A program made the position numbers and the translations under genes. From positions 1 to 64,000 of IMG/VR virus record IMGVR_UViG_3300020200_003236: 64,000 bases of DNA. One strand, written 5' to 3'. This document shows positions 17,612 through 28,098 of the stretch, in pieces. The first letter of the stretch is position 1, and each line of letters begins with the position of its first letter. The stretch comes from a virus (taxonomy: Duplodnaviria > Caudoviricetes). The notes under the pieces are model-generated. The model made no database searches, was not told the DNA's origin, and saw nothing but the letters and a program-made list of their open reading frames with translations.

Positions 17612-18208
17612 TTATATTTTGAAAACATCTAGGTTGTAATAAAGGCTTTTGTATAAATTTCCACCAATTCCTTGCGTTGGTGCGAGGGCTGTAAATTCGT
17701 TTTCGACACCAATTACCCATGCTGCGGACTCTAAACCGCCGTTGATTGCTGGTTACATGTTTTTTGAAATAACGTATTTTTCAACCTTTTCTATTTGTTC
17801 TCTACTTAACGATCTGGTGGGTGAGGCACCGAAAGGGTAGATAGAGCAAAGGTTGCCGCCTTTGTTTTGTTTTGTTTTCAAGAGCAATTTTGGGATATGT
17901 GATTCTTTGAGTAATTCTTCGACGGGATGATTTTGCATGTCGCAAAAAAGTTCTCTGGTGTAGCCATATCTTTCTTTGACATATTCATTTGCTTTGAGTG
18001 TTTTCGGTGAGTCTTCGAGTAAATAATAAGCGTCGTCTTTGCAAACTAAATATATTTCTATGCCGGGATAAATTTTCTCAATGCTCGGTCTTATAAGTTT
18101 GAGTTGCACCAAGTATTCATTGCAATTACCGACATACATAATACAGTAGCGATTCTTGACTTTTGCGTAAGCTGTTAAAGGAACACTCATGGAAAATGAT
18201 TCTGACAA
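17612..18208 (-). pseudogene. GT-B/GT9-like gene interrupted by an in-frame TAA at 17753-17755
   Basis: The frame stays open for 46 codons after the stop (PAINGGLESAAWVIGVENEFTALAPTQGIGGNLYKSLYYNLDVFKI*); AAWVIGVEN resembles the GT9 'a..viGvDSG' motif. Confidence 0.5.
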
Positions 18209-18327
18209 AATTAAATTGGCTAAAGAAGCAGGCCAGATTTTTTCCGATCAATTCGGCACCGACGATATTTATAAGAGTATTTTATTCGAGGTTTTCCTAG
18301 AAGAACTCAAACTCACAAAGGAACAAA

Positions 18328-18702
18328 ATGCCACAGAAAGAAACCAAGGTTTGGATTTATCTGACGAAACGGGACAAGAGCGGAGTTAGATTTTTATCGC
18401 AATTCAGAGGCAAAGAGAAAGTACCCCCCACACGACTTAAAGACTTTGCAACCCTGAATTTGCCTTTCGCAAATAATCAAAAATTGACTGAAATTGTCTA
18501 CGAATTGAGATTGGATTGGGAACCGTGGATAGAATCTGCGGATTCCTTTGATAATATCAAGGATAAAATAAAGAAGAGAGGATATTCCAACCTTCCGATT
18601 TCTTTTATCCCAGAGGTTGGTAGCAACAATATCACTCTAACGCCAGAAGTTTATACTTCAAATCTCAACAAAACAAAAATCATGACGAGGCGGCAGGTTT
18701 AG
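18328..18702 (+). CDS. Hypothetical protein
   Basis: 124-aa ORF with protein-like composition. Confidence 0.65.
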   Translation: MPQKETKVWIYLTKRDKSGVRFLSQFRGKEKVPPTRLKDFATLNLPFANNQKLTEIVYELRLDWEPWIESADSFDNIKDKIKKRGYSNLPISFIPEVGSNNITLTPEVYTSNLNKTKIMTRRQV

Positions 18703-19016
18703 TCTGGTCTTTTCACGAACATTCGGTGGATTAAAAACTCGCCAGTTTCAACGCCTATTTTGAAATAGTGGCCGTCTACTTCCTTGATAACACCACCGTT
18801 TTCTTGGAATTCTTTGGCTACTTCTTTAATCTCTTCTTCGTTTTCCGCTTCTATGCGGTTCATGAGTTTCTTGATAGAAACTTTGGATTCAACATACATG
18901 CCGACTAGATTTTTGCGGTATGGAAATTCTTCTTGTTGATCTTCCATCCACTTTTTGAAATCAGCTAAATTGAATTGTCCAAAGTTATCTTCATGATTTC
19001 TTTTACTCATATTCAA
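18699..19016 (-). CDS. Hypothetical protein
   Basis: 105-aa ORF with AAGGGG SD and upstream TATATAAAT. Confidence 0.7.
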   Translation of the reverse strand: MNMSKRNHEDNFGQFNLADFKKWMEDQQEEFPYRKNLVGMYVESKVSIKKLMNRIEAENEEEIKEVAKEFQENGGVIKEVDGHYFKIGVETGEFLIHRMFVKRPD

Positions 19017-19021
19017 CCCCC

Positions 19022-19873
19022 TTAGTTGAAAAAGGACTGTATCTCGTCCTCATTTATATATGCTGTATTTTCATATAACGGACCACTAGAATGATCTTTT
19101 ACGTCTGTTTCGCTGTATTTCATAGATTTGAGCCAATATGCTGTCGCATCAATTAACCCATGAGCAATGTCTTGTTGTGGATACTGCCAGAGGCCGTTAT
19201 GTAATTTTTCTGCTCCGGGTCGTTCCTGATCGAAACTGTCATCGCAGCAAAATAAAAGAACTTTTTCTGTCCCAAAATGATAACACAGTTGAAGTGCTGC
19301 ACAAACAGGGTTGCGATAATCGTCTATTTGATACTTTATTTTCTCATATATTCTTCCAGTATAACCATCTTCATTCACTGGACAATATTTATAGATGTTG
19401 CCTTTTTCTTTGTAGTTAAATAAGAACTCATAGTTGGTTCTGGTGGATGCTATGCACTTGGGTAATCCCCTGTTTTTGCGAGGCATAAATTTCATGCACT
19501 CATCATAAGGATTGTTCGTCAAGTAGTATGTCATGTTTTTCTCAGGCGCTTTCCACATTTTCAAGGATTGATTAACTCCGATAATGGCCACATCATTTGG
19601 AAGCATCTTCACCAACTTCAAGTGTTTTTCTGCAAAATTGTATCCGTCAGAAATAATCACTACTTTATCATGATAAAAATTCTCGGTGTCTACCCAAGTA
19701 TACCTTCCCAATGAATTTTGTATTTCATTTTTAAGAAATACAAAATAATCGTTTTTGTTGTAGGTTTTGTTTATGTCGATATAAGGCACCCCATTTTTGG
19801 TAAAGTTCCTTACCCACATATTTTCTTTTGTCAACAAGAACTCATTCCCGTTGTTGTGCTTTTTAATTCTCAT
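19022..19873 (-). CDS. DUF115/MAF (MptE-like, glycosyltransferase-related) protein
   Basis: KVVIISDG, IIGVNQ, AALQLCYHFGTEKVLLFCCD patterns. Confidence 0.55.
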   Translation of the reverse strand: MRIKKHNNGNEFLLTKENMWVRNFTKNGVPYIDINKTYNKNDYFVFLKNEIQNSLGRYTWVDTENFYHDKVVIISDGYNFAEKHLKLVKMLPNDVAIIGVNQSLKMWKAPEKNMTYYLTNNPYDECMKFMPRKNRGLPKCIASTRTNYEFLFNYKEKGNIYKYCPVNEDGYTGRIYEKIKYQIDDYRNPVCAALQLCYHFGTEKVLLFCCDDSFDQERPGAEKLHNGLWQYPQQDIAHGLIDATAYWLKSMKYSETDVKDHSSGPLYENTAYINEDEIQSFFN

Positions 19874-19882
19874 ATTTTCTCG

Positions 19883-22800
19883 CTATTGAGGGTTGCATGG
19901 TACGATAGCCACACATTGCAGCTTCTCGCCCTCTCCTGTTAAACGATTAACATCTAATTGAATTTTTACTTCAATAGGAGCGCCCTTGTAGACCAATTCC
20001 ACTTCCGGTTTATCTGGCATAACAAGTTTAATTTCTGATGGAATTTCTCCAACCAAACTGATATTTTTGGGAATTCCCACAACCTGAATCTTGTCAGGTA
20101 TTTCTGATGCATCCAATCTGATGGATTTGGGAAAATCTGGTGCCACTTCCAACATAATAGATCGAGGAATACTCGACGCATCAATTGGAATCGACTTTGG
20201 CAAATTCTCGGCAATCAATTTGATTTCCGTTGGGACATTCTCGTTGATTACCTTGATTTGTTTTGGTATTGATACCGCATCAATGCTAATTGACTTTGGC
20301 AAATTTACTGGTTCTATTCTCACAAGAGTCGGAATATCATGAATTACACGAATATCTGGCATATCAGGTGCCAATACTTTGATAATGGAAGGTATCCCTA
20401 TATCACCCATGCTAACTTCAATGTTTTGATCGTCGTTGTGATCTGCTGCTCTAAATCTTGAAGCAAATGATCCACTACTACCCGGACACTGTATGCTAAC
20501 CGTACAGCTACATGAAGGTGGCTCGCCCCAATTGACTGTTACTTCTGGTGGATCGCTAAAGTCAATTGTTGGAAAAGTCGGTGCTGGACCGAACTCAATC
20601 GTCGTTGAAAAAGTCGGTGCTGGACCAAAATTAATCGTCGTTGAAAAAGTCGGTGCTGGACCAAAATTAATCGTCGTTGGAATCGTTGGTGCTGGACCAA
20701 AATTAATCGTCGTTGGAAAAGTCGGTGCTGGACCAAAATTAATCGTCGTTGGAAAAGTCGGTGCTGGACCGAACGTAATCGTCGTTGGAATCTCTGGTGC
20801 GTCACCGAACTCAATCGTCTCTGGGATCGTTGGTGCTGGACCGAACGTAATCGTCGTTGGAATCTCTGGTGCGTCACCGAACTCAATCGTCTCTGGGAAA
20901 GTCGGTGCTGGACCAAAATTAATCGTCGTTGGAATCTCTGGTGCGTCACCGAACTCAATCGTCTCTGGGAAAGTCGGTGCTGGACCAAAATTAATCGTCG
21001 TTGGAATCTCTGGTGCTTCACCGAACTCAATCGTCTCTGGGAAAGTCGGTGCTGGACCAAAATTAATCGTCGGAAAAGTTGGTGCTGGACCAAAATTAAT
21101 CGTCGTTGGAATCTCTGGTGCGTCACCGAACTCAATCGTCTCTGGAAAAGTCGGTGCTGGTCCGAACGTAATTGTCGGGAAAGTCGGTGCTGGACCAAAA
21201 TTAATCGTCGTTGGGAAAGTTGGTGCTGGACCAAAATTAATCGTCGTTGGGAAAGTTGGTGCTGGTCCGAACGTAATTGTCGGGAAAGTCGGTGCTGGAC
21301 CAAAATTAATCGTCGTTGGAATCGTTGGTGCTGGTCCGAACGTAATTGTCGGAATCGTCGGTGCTGGACCAAAATTAATCGTCGTTGGAATCGTTGGTGC
21401 TGGTCCGAACGTAATTGTCGGAATCGTCGGTGCTGGACCAAAGTTAATCTTTGGAATCTCTGGTGCTGGACCAAAATTAATCGTTGTGCATAAATTCGGT
21501 GCTGGTCCGAACGTAATGGCCGTTGGAAAAGTCGGTGCTGGTCCGAACGTAATGGCCGTTGAAAAAGTCGGTGCTGGACCGAACGTAATGGCCGTTGGAA
21601 AAGTCGGTGCTGGTCCGAACGTAATGGCCGTTGAAAAAGTCGGTGCTGGTCCGAACGTAATGGCCGTTGGAAAAGTTGGTGCTGGACCGAACGTAATATC
21701 CGTTGGGATCGTTGGTGCTGGTCCGAACGTAATATCCGTTGGGATCTTTGGTACTGGGCCGAACGTAATGTCCGTTGGAAAAGTCGGTGCTGGTCCGAAC
21801 GTAATGGCCGTTGAAAAAGTCGGTGCTGGTCCGAACGTAATGGCCGTTGGAAAAGTTGGTGCTGGACCGAACGTAATATCCGTTGGGATCGTTGGTGCTG
21901 GTCCGAACGTAATATCCGTTGGGATCTTTGGTACTGGGCCGAACGTAATGTCCGTTGGGATCGTTGGTGCTGGACCGAACGTAATATCCGTTGGGATCGT
22001 TGGTGCTGGTCCGAACGTAATTGTCGTTGGAAAAGTTGGTGCTTGTCCGAACGTAATTGTCGGAATCGTCGGTGCTGGACCAAAATTAATCGTCGTTGGA
22101 ATCTCTGGTGCTTGTCCGAACGTAATTGTCGTTGGGATCGTTGGTGCTTGTCCGAACGTAATTGTCGTTGGAATCTCTGGTGCTGGTCCAAATTCAATTA
22201 CTGTTGGAATCTCTGGTGCTGGTCCGAACGTAATGTCCGTTGGGATCGTTGGTGCTGGTCCGAACGTAATATCCGTTGGGATCTCTGGTGCTGGTCCGAA
22301 CGTAATGTCCGTTGGGATCGTTGGTGCTGGTCCGAACGTAATGTCCGTTGGGATCGTTGGTGCTGGTCCGAACGTAATATCCGTTGGGATCGTTGGTGCT
22401 GGTCCGAACGTAATATCCGTTGGGATCGTTGGTGCTGGTCCGAACGTAATATCCGTTGGGATCGTTGGTGCTGGTCCGAACGTAATATCCGTTGGGATCG
22501 TTGGTGCTGGGCCGAACGTAATATCCGTTGGGATCGTTGGTGCTGGTCCGAACGTAATATCCGTTGGGATCGTTGGTACTGGTCCGAACGTAATGTCCGT
22601 TGGGATCGTTGGTGCTGGTCCGAACGTAATTTCCGTTGGGATCGTTGGTGCTGGTCCGAACGTAATATCCGTTGGGATCGTTGGTGCTGGTCCGAACGTA
22701 ATATCCGTTGGGATCGTTGGTGCTGGTCCGAACGTAATATCCGTTGGGATCGTTGGTACTGGTCCGAACGTAATGTCCGTTGGGATCGTTGGTGCTGGGC

Positions 22801-24106
22801 CGAACGTAATATCCGTTGGGATCGTTGGTACTGGTCCGAACGTAATGTCCGTTGGGATCATTGGTGCTGGTCCGAACGTAATGTCCGTTGGGATCGTTGG
22901 TACTGGGCCGAACGTAATATCCGTTGGGATCGTTGGTGCTGGTCCGAACGTAATGTCCGTTGGGATCGTTGGTGCTGGGCCGAACGTAATGTCCGTTGGG
23001 ATCGTTGGTGCTGGGCCGAACTCAATCAACACAGGGAAACTTGGGAATTGTCCGAACTCAATCAACACAGGGAAACTTGGGAATGGTCCGAACTCAATCA
23101 ACACAGGGAAACTTGGGAATGGCTCAAATGTAATGATCGAAGGAATAACTGGAACATCCACAAATGTGATAATAGAAGGAATATCAATTGGTGGATCAAA
23201 TGTTATAACCGATGGTATATTTATGTTACCTAGCGGACCAAGATTGATACATGGCGTTACTAGGGGCGGCGGTTGTATTGTAAGCGACGGAGGAGTAATT
23301 ACCGGAATTACTACAGGAGGAAGTTCTGGCAATTCTGGAATTTTTATTTCCAAAATTTCATTTTCTTCCCTAGATTTTGGCTCTGTTGATTCGGTTCTTT
23401 CTATTGGCGTTTGTATAATGGTACATTTCTCTGTAGTAATAGTTACTACAGGGTCCATTTTAGCGTTGGGTGCATATCTGTATGTGCCACTGGTGCTGGT
23501 TGTTGAGTTTCCGTCGCCAAAATCTAATCTAAAGCCTGTATAGGTGCCGTTGATTTGAATGTTATAGCTTGCCAGAATGCCAGCAGAAGGGCTGTCTTCA
23601 TCTATAGAAAAGAAGAATGTTACGTCTGGGCATGTAAAGTCATCAAAAATAACACCCAGAGTTTGTAGGTTTCTAATTTTCCAATCAAGTGTTGCTTGTT
23701 CGGGAGTGAAATTTTCGCCAACAAAATTTTCAATTTTTAGAATAGCATCTACAAGTTGATTGTGGTGTTCGGCTATAACATAGCCTCTTACTTCAGAGCC
23801 AGTTTTGTTATATTTTGTTTGCTTGTTGCCTAAGTTTCTGGTACATTTTCTGAGTCTATTGACTTTTCCATGCTCGTTTTTGTCTACTGAGTCATAGTAG
23901 AACAATTCGCCTTCAATGTTGGCAAAACCATTGTTGGCCCAGATTTCAGCTTTATCTGAGGCCACTGCTTTAATTGGAATTTCTTCAGACCAAGGCAAAT
24001 TATCATCGGTCGTGACTGTTTCTGATGTGTTGTAAACCAAAAACAACGTATAGTCACTGTCATAATTTTTTGGGTATATTGGAACCGGAGGAAAATTATT
24101 TGCCAT
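19883..24106 (-). CDS. Giant Pro/Thr-rich repeat fibre/spike-like virion protein with HHN N-module and degenerate PKD
   Basis: 1,407 aa; N-module shared with the two upstream paralogues (AEHHNQLVDAILKIE), LDFGDG PKD remnant, about 70 FGPAPTIPTDIT-type repeats. Confidence 0.85.
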   Translation of the reverse strand: MANNFPPVPIYPKNYDSDYTLFLVYNTSETVTTDDNLPWSEEIPIKAVASDKAEIWANNGFANIEGELFYYDSVDKNEHGKVNRLRKCTRNLGNKQTKYNKTGSEVRGYVIAEHHNQLVDAILKIENFVGENFTPEQATLDWKIRNLQTLGVIFDDFTCPDVTFFFSIDEDSPSAGILASYNIQINGTYTGFRLDFGDGNSTTSTSGTYRYAPNAKMDPVVTITTEKCTIIQTPIERTESTEPKSREENEILEIKIPELPELPPVVIPVITPPSLTIQPPPLVTPCINLGPLGNINIPSVITFDPPIDIPSIITFVDVPVIPSIITFEPFPSFPVLIEFGPFPSFPVLIEFGQFPSFPVLIEFGPAPTIPTDITFGPAPTIPTDITFGPAPTIPTDITFGPVPTIPTDITFGPAPMIPTDITFGPVPTIPTDITFGPAPTIPTDITFGPVPTIPTDITFGPAPTIPTDITFGPAPTIPTDITFGPAPTIPTEITFGPAPTIPTDITFGPVPTIPTDITFGPAPTIPTDITFGPAPTIPTDITFGPAPTIPTDITFGPAPTIPTDITFGPAPTIPTDITFGPAPTIPTDITFGPAPTIPTDITFGPAPEIPTDITFGPAPTIPTDITFGPAPEIPTVIEFGPAPEIPTTITFGQAPTIPTTITFGQAPEIPTTINFGPAPTIPTITFGQAPTFPTTITFGPAPTIPTDITFGPAPTIPTDITFGPVPKIPTDITFGPAPTIPTDITFGPAPTFPTAITFGPAPTFSTAITFGPAPTFPTDITFGPVPKIPTDITFGPAPTIPTDITFGPAPTFPTAITFGPAPTFSTAITFGPAPTFPTAITFGPAPTFSTAITFGPAPTFPTAITFGPAPNLCTTINFGPAPEIPKINFGPAPTIPTITFGPAPTIPTTINFGPAPTIPTITFGPAPTIPTTINFGPAPTFPTITFGPAPTFPTTINFGPAPTFPTTINFGPAPTFPTITFGPAPTFPETIEFGDAPEIPTTINFGPAPTFPTINFGPAPTFPETIEFGEAPEIPTTINFGPAPTFPETIEFGDAPEIPTTINFGPAPTFPETIEFGDAPEIPTTITFGPAPTIPETIEFGDAPEIPTTITFGPAPTFPTTINFGPAPTFPTTINFGPAPTIPTTINFGPAPTFSTTINFGPAPTFSTTIEFGPAPTFPTIDFSDPPEVTVNWGEPPSCSCTVSIQCPGSSGSFASRFRAADHNDDQNIEVSMGDIGIPSIIKVLAPDMPDIRVIHDIPTLVRIEPVNLPKSISIDAVSIPKQIKVINENVPTEIKLIAENLPKSIPIDASSIPRSIMLEVAPDFPKSIRLDASEIPDKIQVVGIPKNISLVGEIPSEIKLVMPDKPEVELVYKGAPIEVKIQLDVNRLTGEGEKLQCVAIVPCNPQ
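20575..23120 (-). repeat. About 70 in-frame 33/36-bp tandem repeats with higher-order blocks
   Basis: GGTGCTGGTCCGAACGTAATATCCGTTGGGATCGTT-type units on the + strand; count estimated from span/36. Confidence 0.95.
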
Positions 24107-24743
24107 TTATTTTGCTCCTATTTCCGGCACAATAATTGTCCGTTTGACTGTGACAATTGGGACAGCGAAATTCTAAATTTTCTTTCGTGTTATTTAGCCA
24201 ATTTCCATCTTTGTGGTGAACATGTAGTTTAAGTGAATTTCCACACCAACTATCTTTTACTGTACATCCAACTCTTTCGCATTTATATTCTCGACCAGAA
24301 GCAATTAACGCTCTTCGTAAAATATATGGAGTTTCTTTCCACTTCTTTTCTTTCTGATATACTAAAACATCTTCCCAAGAGCGACCTTTATAACCATTAT
24401 GATTTTTCCCAGAGTTTGTTCTTTGTCCTGTAAAATGAGAAGTATCAATTCCGAAATTATTTATCTTTCTTTTTATGTATTCGTGAGTTCCACCACCATG
24501 TCTACAACCCAAAGCCTTTAAGACTTGAGCCATAGAGTGGCAATTGACAACTATTTTTGAAAGCAATTCTTTGGTATACTTTTCTTTTCCAAAATGAGAA
24601 ACATCAATATTCCACTTGTTGATTAATTTGCGAATATTGACTCTATTATCGACACTCGGTTCAAGTCCTAATTTTATTGCAATAACGCTCAAAGAATAAG
24701 ACTCTTTTACGGCTTTTTCTAATTGTTCCTTTGTGTGTTTCAT
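24096..24743 (-). mobile_element. Free-standing HNH homing endonuclease
   Basis: CERVGC...LHVHHKDGNWLNNTKENLEFRCPNCHSQT; repeated N-terminal DNA-binding-like helices; AT-rich. Confidence 0.9.
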
Positions 24744-24776
24744 ATTTTTATCTATACAATGGGAAAGACATTTTCA

Positions 24777-27050
24777 TCAGAATATTGCCATATTCCATTG
24801 ATCGCCCACTGGTCTCGATGTAATACTAGAGAATGTAAGGTCGGTTTCGTTGAACTTGATGAACGACTTCTCGCTATAGTCGAAACTCAAATACGCTATC
24901 TTGTCCCCATCGCTTACTGCCAGTAAAGTTTGTGACAAATTATCAAAGCCTATTTTGGTATTGTCTTGCAATAATCTGAAGGCGGCTGAGTTAATTCCGG
25001 GTCCACCTGTTTCCCAGATCGAACTTGTTGGGTTGTAAGCCGAGATTGATCCTGAATTATTGAAAAAATACACACCTTTGCTAAGCGTTACTAACTGGCC
25101 TTCTTCTTTTACAGGTCCGGCCAAGTCTTGCAGCTTTCTAATATCTATAAATGGCTCTGACGTATTCCCGCTGGTTTTATAAAAAGTTTTTATTCTAAAG
25201 AAGTTGCCCACACCCTGATTCCTCAGAAAAAACCCCTCGTTGTCTTTCCAAGTTGATCTATAAACGCTCATGTTTCCTTGGGTGGATTCTCCGTCTTCAT
25301 AGGTTACTTCATTTTGCTTCAATTCTCCTGCACCATTTTTGTAGTTGCTGTTTATAAATGTACTGCTTGAAACCGCCATAGAAGATAAGTTAAGGGTTTG
25401 TTTGTTTTGATTTGTTGGCGAAGTATTTGAATCAGGGTCTGGACCTTCTCCGCCGAGAATAAAATAGACTTTTTCTATATCAGACATACCTATCCAGTTC
25501 CAAGGTCTTGTAATTGGCGTTTGTGTGGTGTAAGTATCAGAAAATCCATTGAATTCAGAAATCAATATTTTTTCTGTTAGATATGAAGCTGCTTTAGCAC
25601 GTCCGCTGGCCCAATATAACAAACCAACACTCCCGGTGCCCGATCCTGCTACACCCTTTGGGGCGAACCCCACATTGCGATGAAATTCTCTAAGTTGTTG
25701 ATCTTCATTAGGTTCTTCTTCCAAAAATGACTGGTCTACGTTGAGCGTCATTAAACTGGTTGGCTTTATTTTGAATGCTTCACTAATAAGACCAAATTCT
25801 GTCGTATTTACTTGGTTGGCCCCACTATAAAGCCAGAGCCACAAATTGTATTTTTCGACAACATCAATGGCATTTTCATATGTGGTAATTCTGTAGCTTC
25901 CAAATTTTGTGTCTGTTCTGAGGATTAAATCATATATCCCGCCGATACTATAAGAAGCTCTTGCGGCGTTTGAGTTGCCGTGAACCAAGTCGTCTGCCAA
26001 TGACCATGTGTAGGCAATGATTGGGTCGATGGGACTTCCGCCACCGTCAACCTGTTCGCCAGCGAAAGTTCTTCCTGTATTGGGATTTATTCCAGCAGGG
26101 ATTCCCATATCTAGTAAAAGCGTCGTTGGCGTTCTGATTTTTGGAGGCGTTGTGTACGTTCCATCGTCTTCCCCGCCTTCAGGGATGCCTTCCTGAAAAA
26201 TCTGACCGGATCTAGGGATATATTGTATTAAAGCCGATTGTGGCGCTTCAGTTCTTGCGTTGATATAATGTGGGAAGATAACTGTGTCTTCTCCAAAATC
26301 GTTTCTGACGGTTAGTTTAACGTCATAGTTGTTTGGAGTTGTATAAATCTTTTGTATTGTTCCGCCATCTAGGTCTTGCACAATTACGTCAGACTGATTT
26401 ATTGGCCCATCTGTGGCGCTAATCAAAACAATTGATGGTCCCGTGTTATCTCCGAAGTCCCAAATATAGCTGATTACCCCCGTGTTGCCATCAGTTCCCA
26501 AATGGAAGCTCAAATCTTTGAACTTAACGGTTAATGGCACAAGTCCAATTGTTTTGTTTGCTGTAAACCATGCTTTTGGAACCAACACTATCTTTCTAAG
26601 ATAGTTGATTCTTTCTTCCATAGTGCCCTCTAGGGGTTTTGTGCCTACCTCTCCTTTTCTGCCCGCAAATTTTTGAATGGCAAGCACAGCTTCTTTAATG
26701 TTATTGTGGTGACTGGCCATTACATTCTGAGTTACATTTGTAATATCTTTTGGTTTGGGATTATCTGTAAATCCGGGTAGTAATTCCAAGTTATCGAAAG
26801 ATACATCGGTTTTACTGCCGTAGTAAAAAGATAATGCACGCAGTTCGGCATCGCCGCATTGTTCTGTAAGCGTAATGATGCCAGTAGGCGGGTATCTACT
26901 TATGACTTCCGAATCTCCGTATACGAAAATATTGGTATCGCCGGGCAAATAGTCTCTTAGCAACCTAACTCTGAGGCTATCATGCACAAGAAACATATTG
27001 TCGTTTGTGTCTATTTCTGCTGGGAAATTACTTGTTACTGGTATAGTCAT
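24777..27050 (-). CDS. PKD-domain virion protein (HHN-module paralogue)
   Basis: ASHHNNIKEAVLAIQ; YIWDFGDN..YDVKLTVRNDFG PKD. Confidence 0.85.
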   Translation of the reverse strand: MTIPVTSNFPAEIDTNDNMFLVHDSLRVRLLRDYLPGDTNIFVYGDSEVISRYPPTGIITLTEQCGDAELRALSFYYGSKTDVSFDNLELLPGFTDNPKPKDITNVTQNVMASHHNNIKEAVLAIQKFAGRKGEVGTKPLEGTMEERINYLRKIVLVPKAWFTANKTIGLVPLTVKFKDLSFHLGTDGNTGVISYIWDFGDNTGPSIVLISATDGPINQSDVIVQDLDGGTIQKIYTTPNNYDVKLTVRNDFGEDTVIFPHYINARTEAPQSALIQYIPRSGQIFQEGIPEGGEDDGTYTTPPKIRTPTTLLLDMGIPAGINPNTGRTFAGEQVDGGGSPIDPIIAYTWSLADDLVHGNSNAARASYSIGGIYDLILRTDTKFGSYRITTYENAIDVVEKYNLWLWLYSGANQVNTTEFGLISEAFKIKPTSLMTLNVDQSFLEEEPNEDQQLREFHRNVGFAPKGVAGSGTGSVGLLYWASGRAKAASYLTEKILISEFNGFSDTYTTQTPITRPWNWIGMSDIEKVYFILGGEGPDPDSNTSPTNQNKQTLNLSSMAVSSSTFINSNYKNGAGELKQNEVTYEDGESTQGNMSVYRSTWKDNEGFFLRNQGVGNFFRIKTFYKTSGNTSEPFIDIRKLQDLAGPVKEEGQLVTLSKGVYFFNNSGSISAYNPTSSIWETGGPGINSAAFRLLQDNTKIGFDNLSQTLLAVSDGDKIAYLSFDYSEKSFIKFNETDLTFSSITSRPVGDQWNMAIF

Positions 27051-28097
27051 TTACATCACCAAAATTTCATCTTTTAAGAATGCCCGCTTTAATTTTTGAT
27101 TTTCAAATAAAATCAAAACAGTTGGGGTATACGTGCCGGGTTTATCATAAACATAATTGACCGTATGGATGTTGGGATCGAACACAGGGTAGCTAGTCCC
27201 ATCTATAGCCTCGCCGTTTACTTCGCCAGGCCCATCGAAAATCCAATATCTTTGAATAACGTCTCCATCGGTCTGATCCACAAAGTTAAACTTCGTCGGT
27301 TCGATACTCAAATTTTCAGCGGTTTCCCTTGAGTATCCTTGATAGGGTAACACATAGAAAAAGGGTGACCTAGACGCTTCGTCTACAGTGATATAGTTCT
27401 TTTTGTAAGTAATTCCTTGGGCACCTAAAGAAGTAATTACGTTTAACTGAACAGAGTAAACGCCTTCTGTTTGGTATGTGTGGATGGGGTTTTTCTCTAC
27501 CGAAGTAGTTCCGTCTCCAAAATCCCACAAATAACGCACAAGAGGCCCGGTACTAAAGTTTTGAAAGCGAACTTGAAATGGCGGCGGACCATCGATTCGA
27601 TGGGCACGAAATATGGCTTTTGGAGCCAAGAACCTTGTTTCTTGTGTTTTGAGAATACCATTTAACGAGGTTTCAATAGGTCTGTCTTCTACCCCCAAAT
27701 CTCTTTCTATTTGGATAACGGCATCTTTAATTGCATTGTGATGCTCTGCCATTACAGCGTTTGTGACCCAACTTCCTACTGGCCAAGGATTTTGTCGAGA
27801 ACCCGCAAATCCCCGAATTAAGTTTCGGAACAATCCAGTAGTTTTGGAGTCGTAATAAATCAACTCAGCAGCGCCGGGTTTTCCAGCCGGTGGGCCAACA
27901 CGCAGTAAACCTCTAGGTGGAAAACCGGAATTATCTTCAACAATGATGTATTTTCCGTTATATGAAAGCGTCTGTTTCAACTTTGTTTCTGCGTTGTTTC
28001 TTACTTCATATAATGTGTTTTTGTTGTCCCTTGCTTCTGGGAATACAGATAAGTCGCCAGTCGTATATCCAATATCTAAAGACGAATTTCTTGGCAT
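27051..28097 (-). CDS. PKD-domain virion protein (HHN-module paralogue)
   Basis: AEHHNAIKDAVIQIE; canonical PKD YLWDFGDGTTSVEKNPIHTYQTEGVYSVQLNV; second PKD-like domain. Confidence 0.88.
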   Translation of the reverse strand: MPRNSSLDIGYTTGDLSVFPEARDNKNTLYEVRNNAETKLKQTLSYNGKYIIVEDNSGFPPRGLLRVGPPAGKPGAAELIYYDSKTTGLFRNLIRGFAGSRQNPWPVGSWVTNAVMAEHHNAIKDAVIQIERDLGVEDRPIETSLNGILKTQETRFLAPKAIFRAHRIDGPPPFQVRFQNFSTGPLVRYLWDFGDGTTSVEKNPIHTYQTEGVYSVQLNVITSLGAQGITYKKNYITVDEASRSPFFYVLPYQGYSRETAENLSIEPTKFNFVDQTDGDVIQRYWIFDGPGEVNGEAIDGTSYPVFDPNIHTVNYVYDKPGTYTPTVLILFENQKLKRAFLKDEILVM

Positions 28098-28098
28098 T

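Noticed and set aside
18188-18191. Divergent ORFs sharing a CATG start (also 55326-55329 and 4664-4667)
   Set aside because: CATG is palindromic, so ORF callers produce this often; better-supported downstream starts exist and the 66-aa ORF at 18189 is unsupported
20493-23543. 1,016-aa plus-strand ORF (and 552/396-aa alternative-frame ORFs) over the repeat array
   Set aside because: Shadow frames: a stop-free repeat unit keeps other frames open; no SD or domain, and they end where the repeats end
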